Assembly: GCF_963921235.1 (NCBI RefSeq)
Contig: NC_086107.1
Coordinates: 111,850,001 to 111,914,000 of the forward strand
DNA length: 64,000 bases
Direction: 5' to 3'
Source of the DNA: Mobula hypostoma
Taxonomy: Eukaryota
Shown: positions 63,901-64,000 of the stretch, one piece after another
Numbering within the stretch: the stretch's first letter is position 1
Layout: each line of letters opens with the position of its first letter
The notes under the pieces: generated by a model
Databases searched by the model: none
Seen by the model: the letters and a program-made list of their open reading frames with translations, nothing else
Told to the model about the DNA's origin: nothing
Position numbers and translations under genes: made by a program

Positions 63901-64000
63901 CCACATCCAAAGGCTAAAGACTAGCACACACCTCGCACTGGAGGCCACTGCATGGGCGGTTTCTCACACCAATTAACCCTCTCTCTGCCATTCTCTTGAC

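Overview
Eukaryotic, repeat-rich vertebrate genomic DNA. The mix of CR1 LINEs, Rex1/Babar LINEs, V-SINE/HE1-type tRNA SINEs and Penelope-like elements suggests a cartilaginous fish (inference). The window lies inside one large + strand gene. It contains a 28-nt micro-exon (5959-5986) and 12 symmetric phase-1 fibronectin type III (FN3) exons (22154-59026), and the acceptor region of a 13th at the right edge. This layout fits the ectodomain of an R3-type receptor tyrosine phosphatase (PTPRJ/CD148- or PTPRH-like), but no transmembrane or phosphatase exon is in the window. From about 26.8 kb the gene is an evolving exon-duplication array: near-identical 2328-bp tandem units, mosaic exons, seven CR1-fused half-exons, a decayed pseudo-exon, an older duplication offset by about 9.25 kb, and TE insertions present in only some copies. 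The introns also carry many Penelope-derived termini with minimal type I hammerhead ribozyme motifs, including young micro-insertions with target-site duplications. Most ORFs in the supplied track are TE fragments or spurious.
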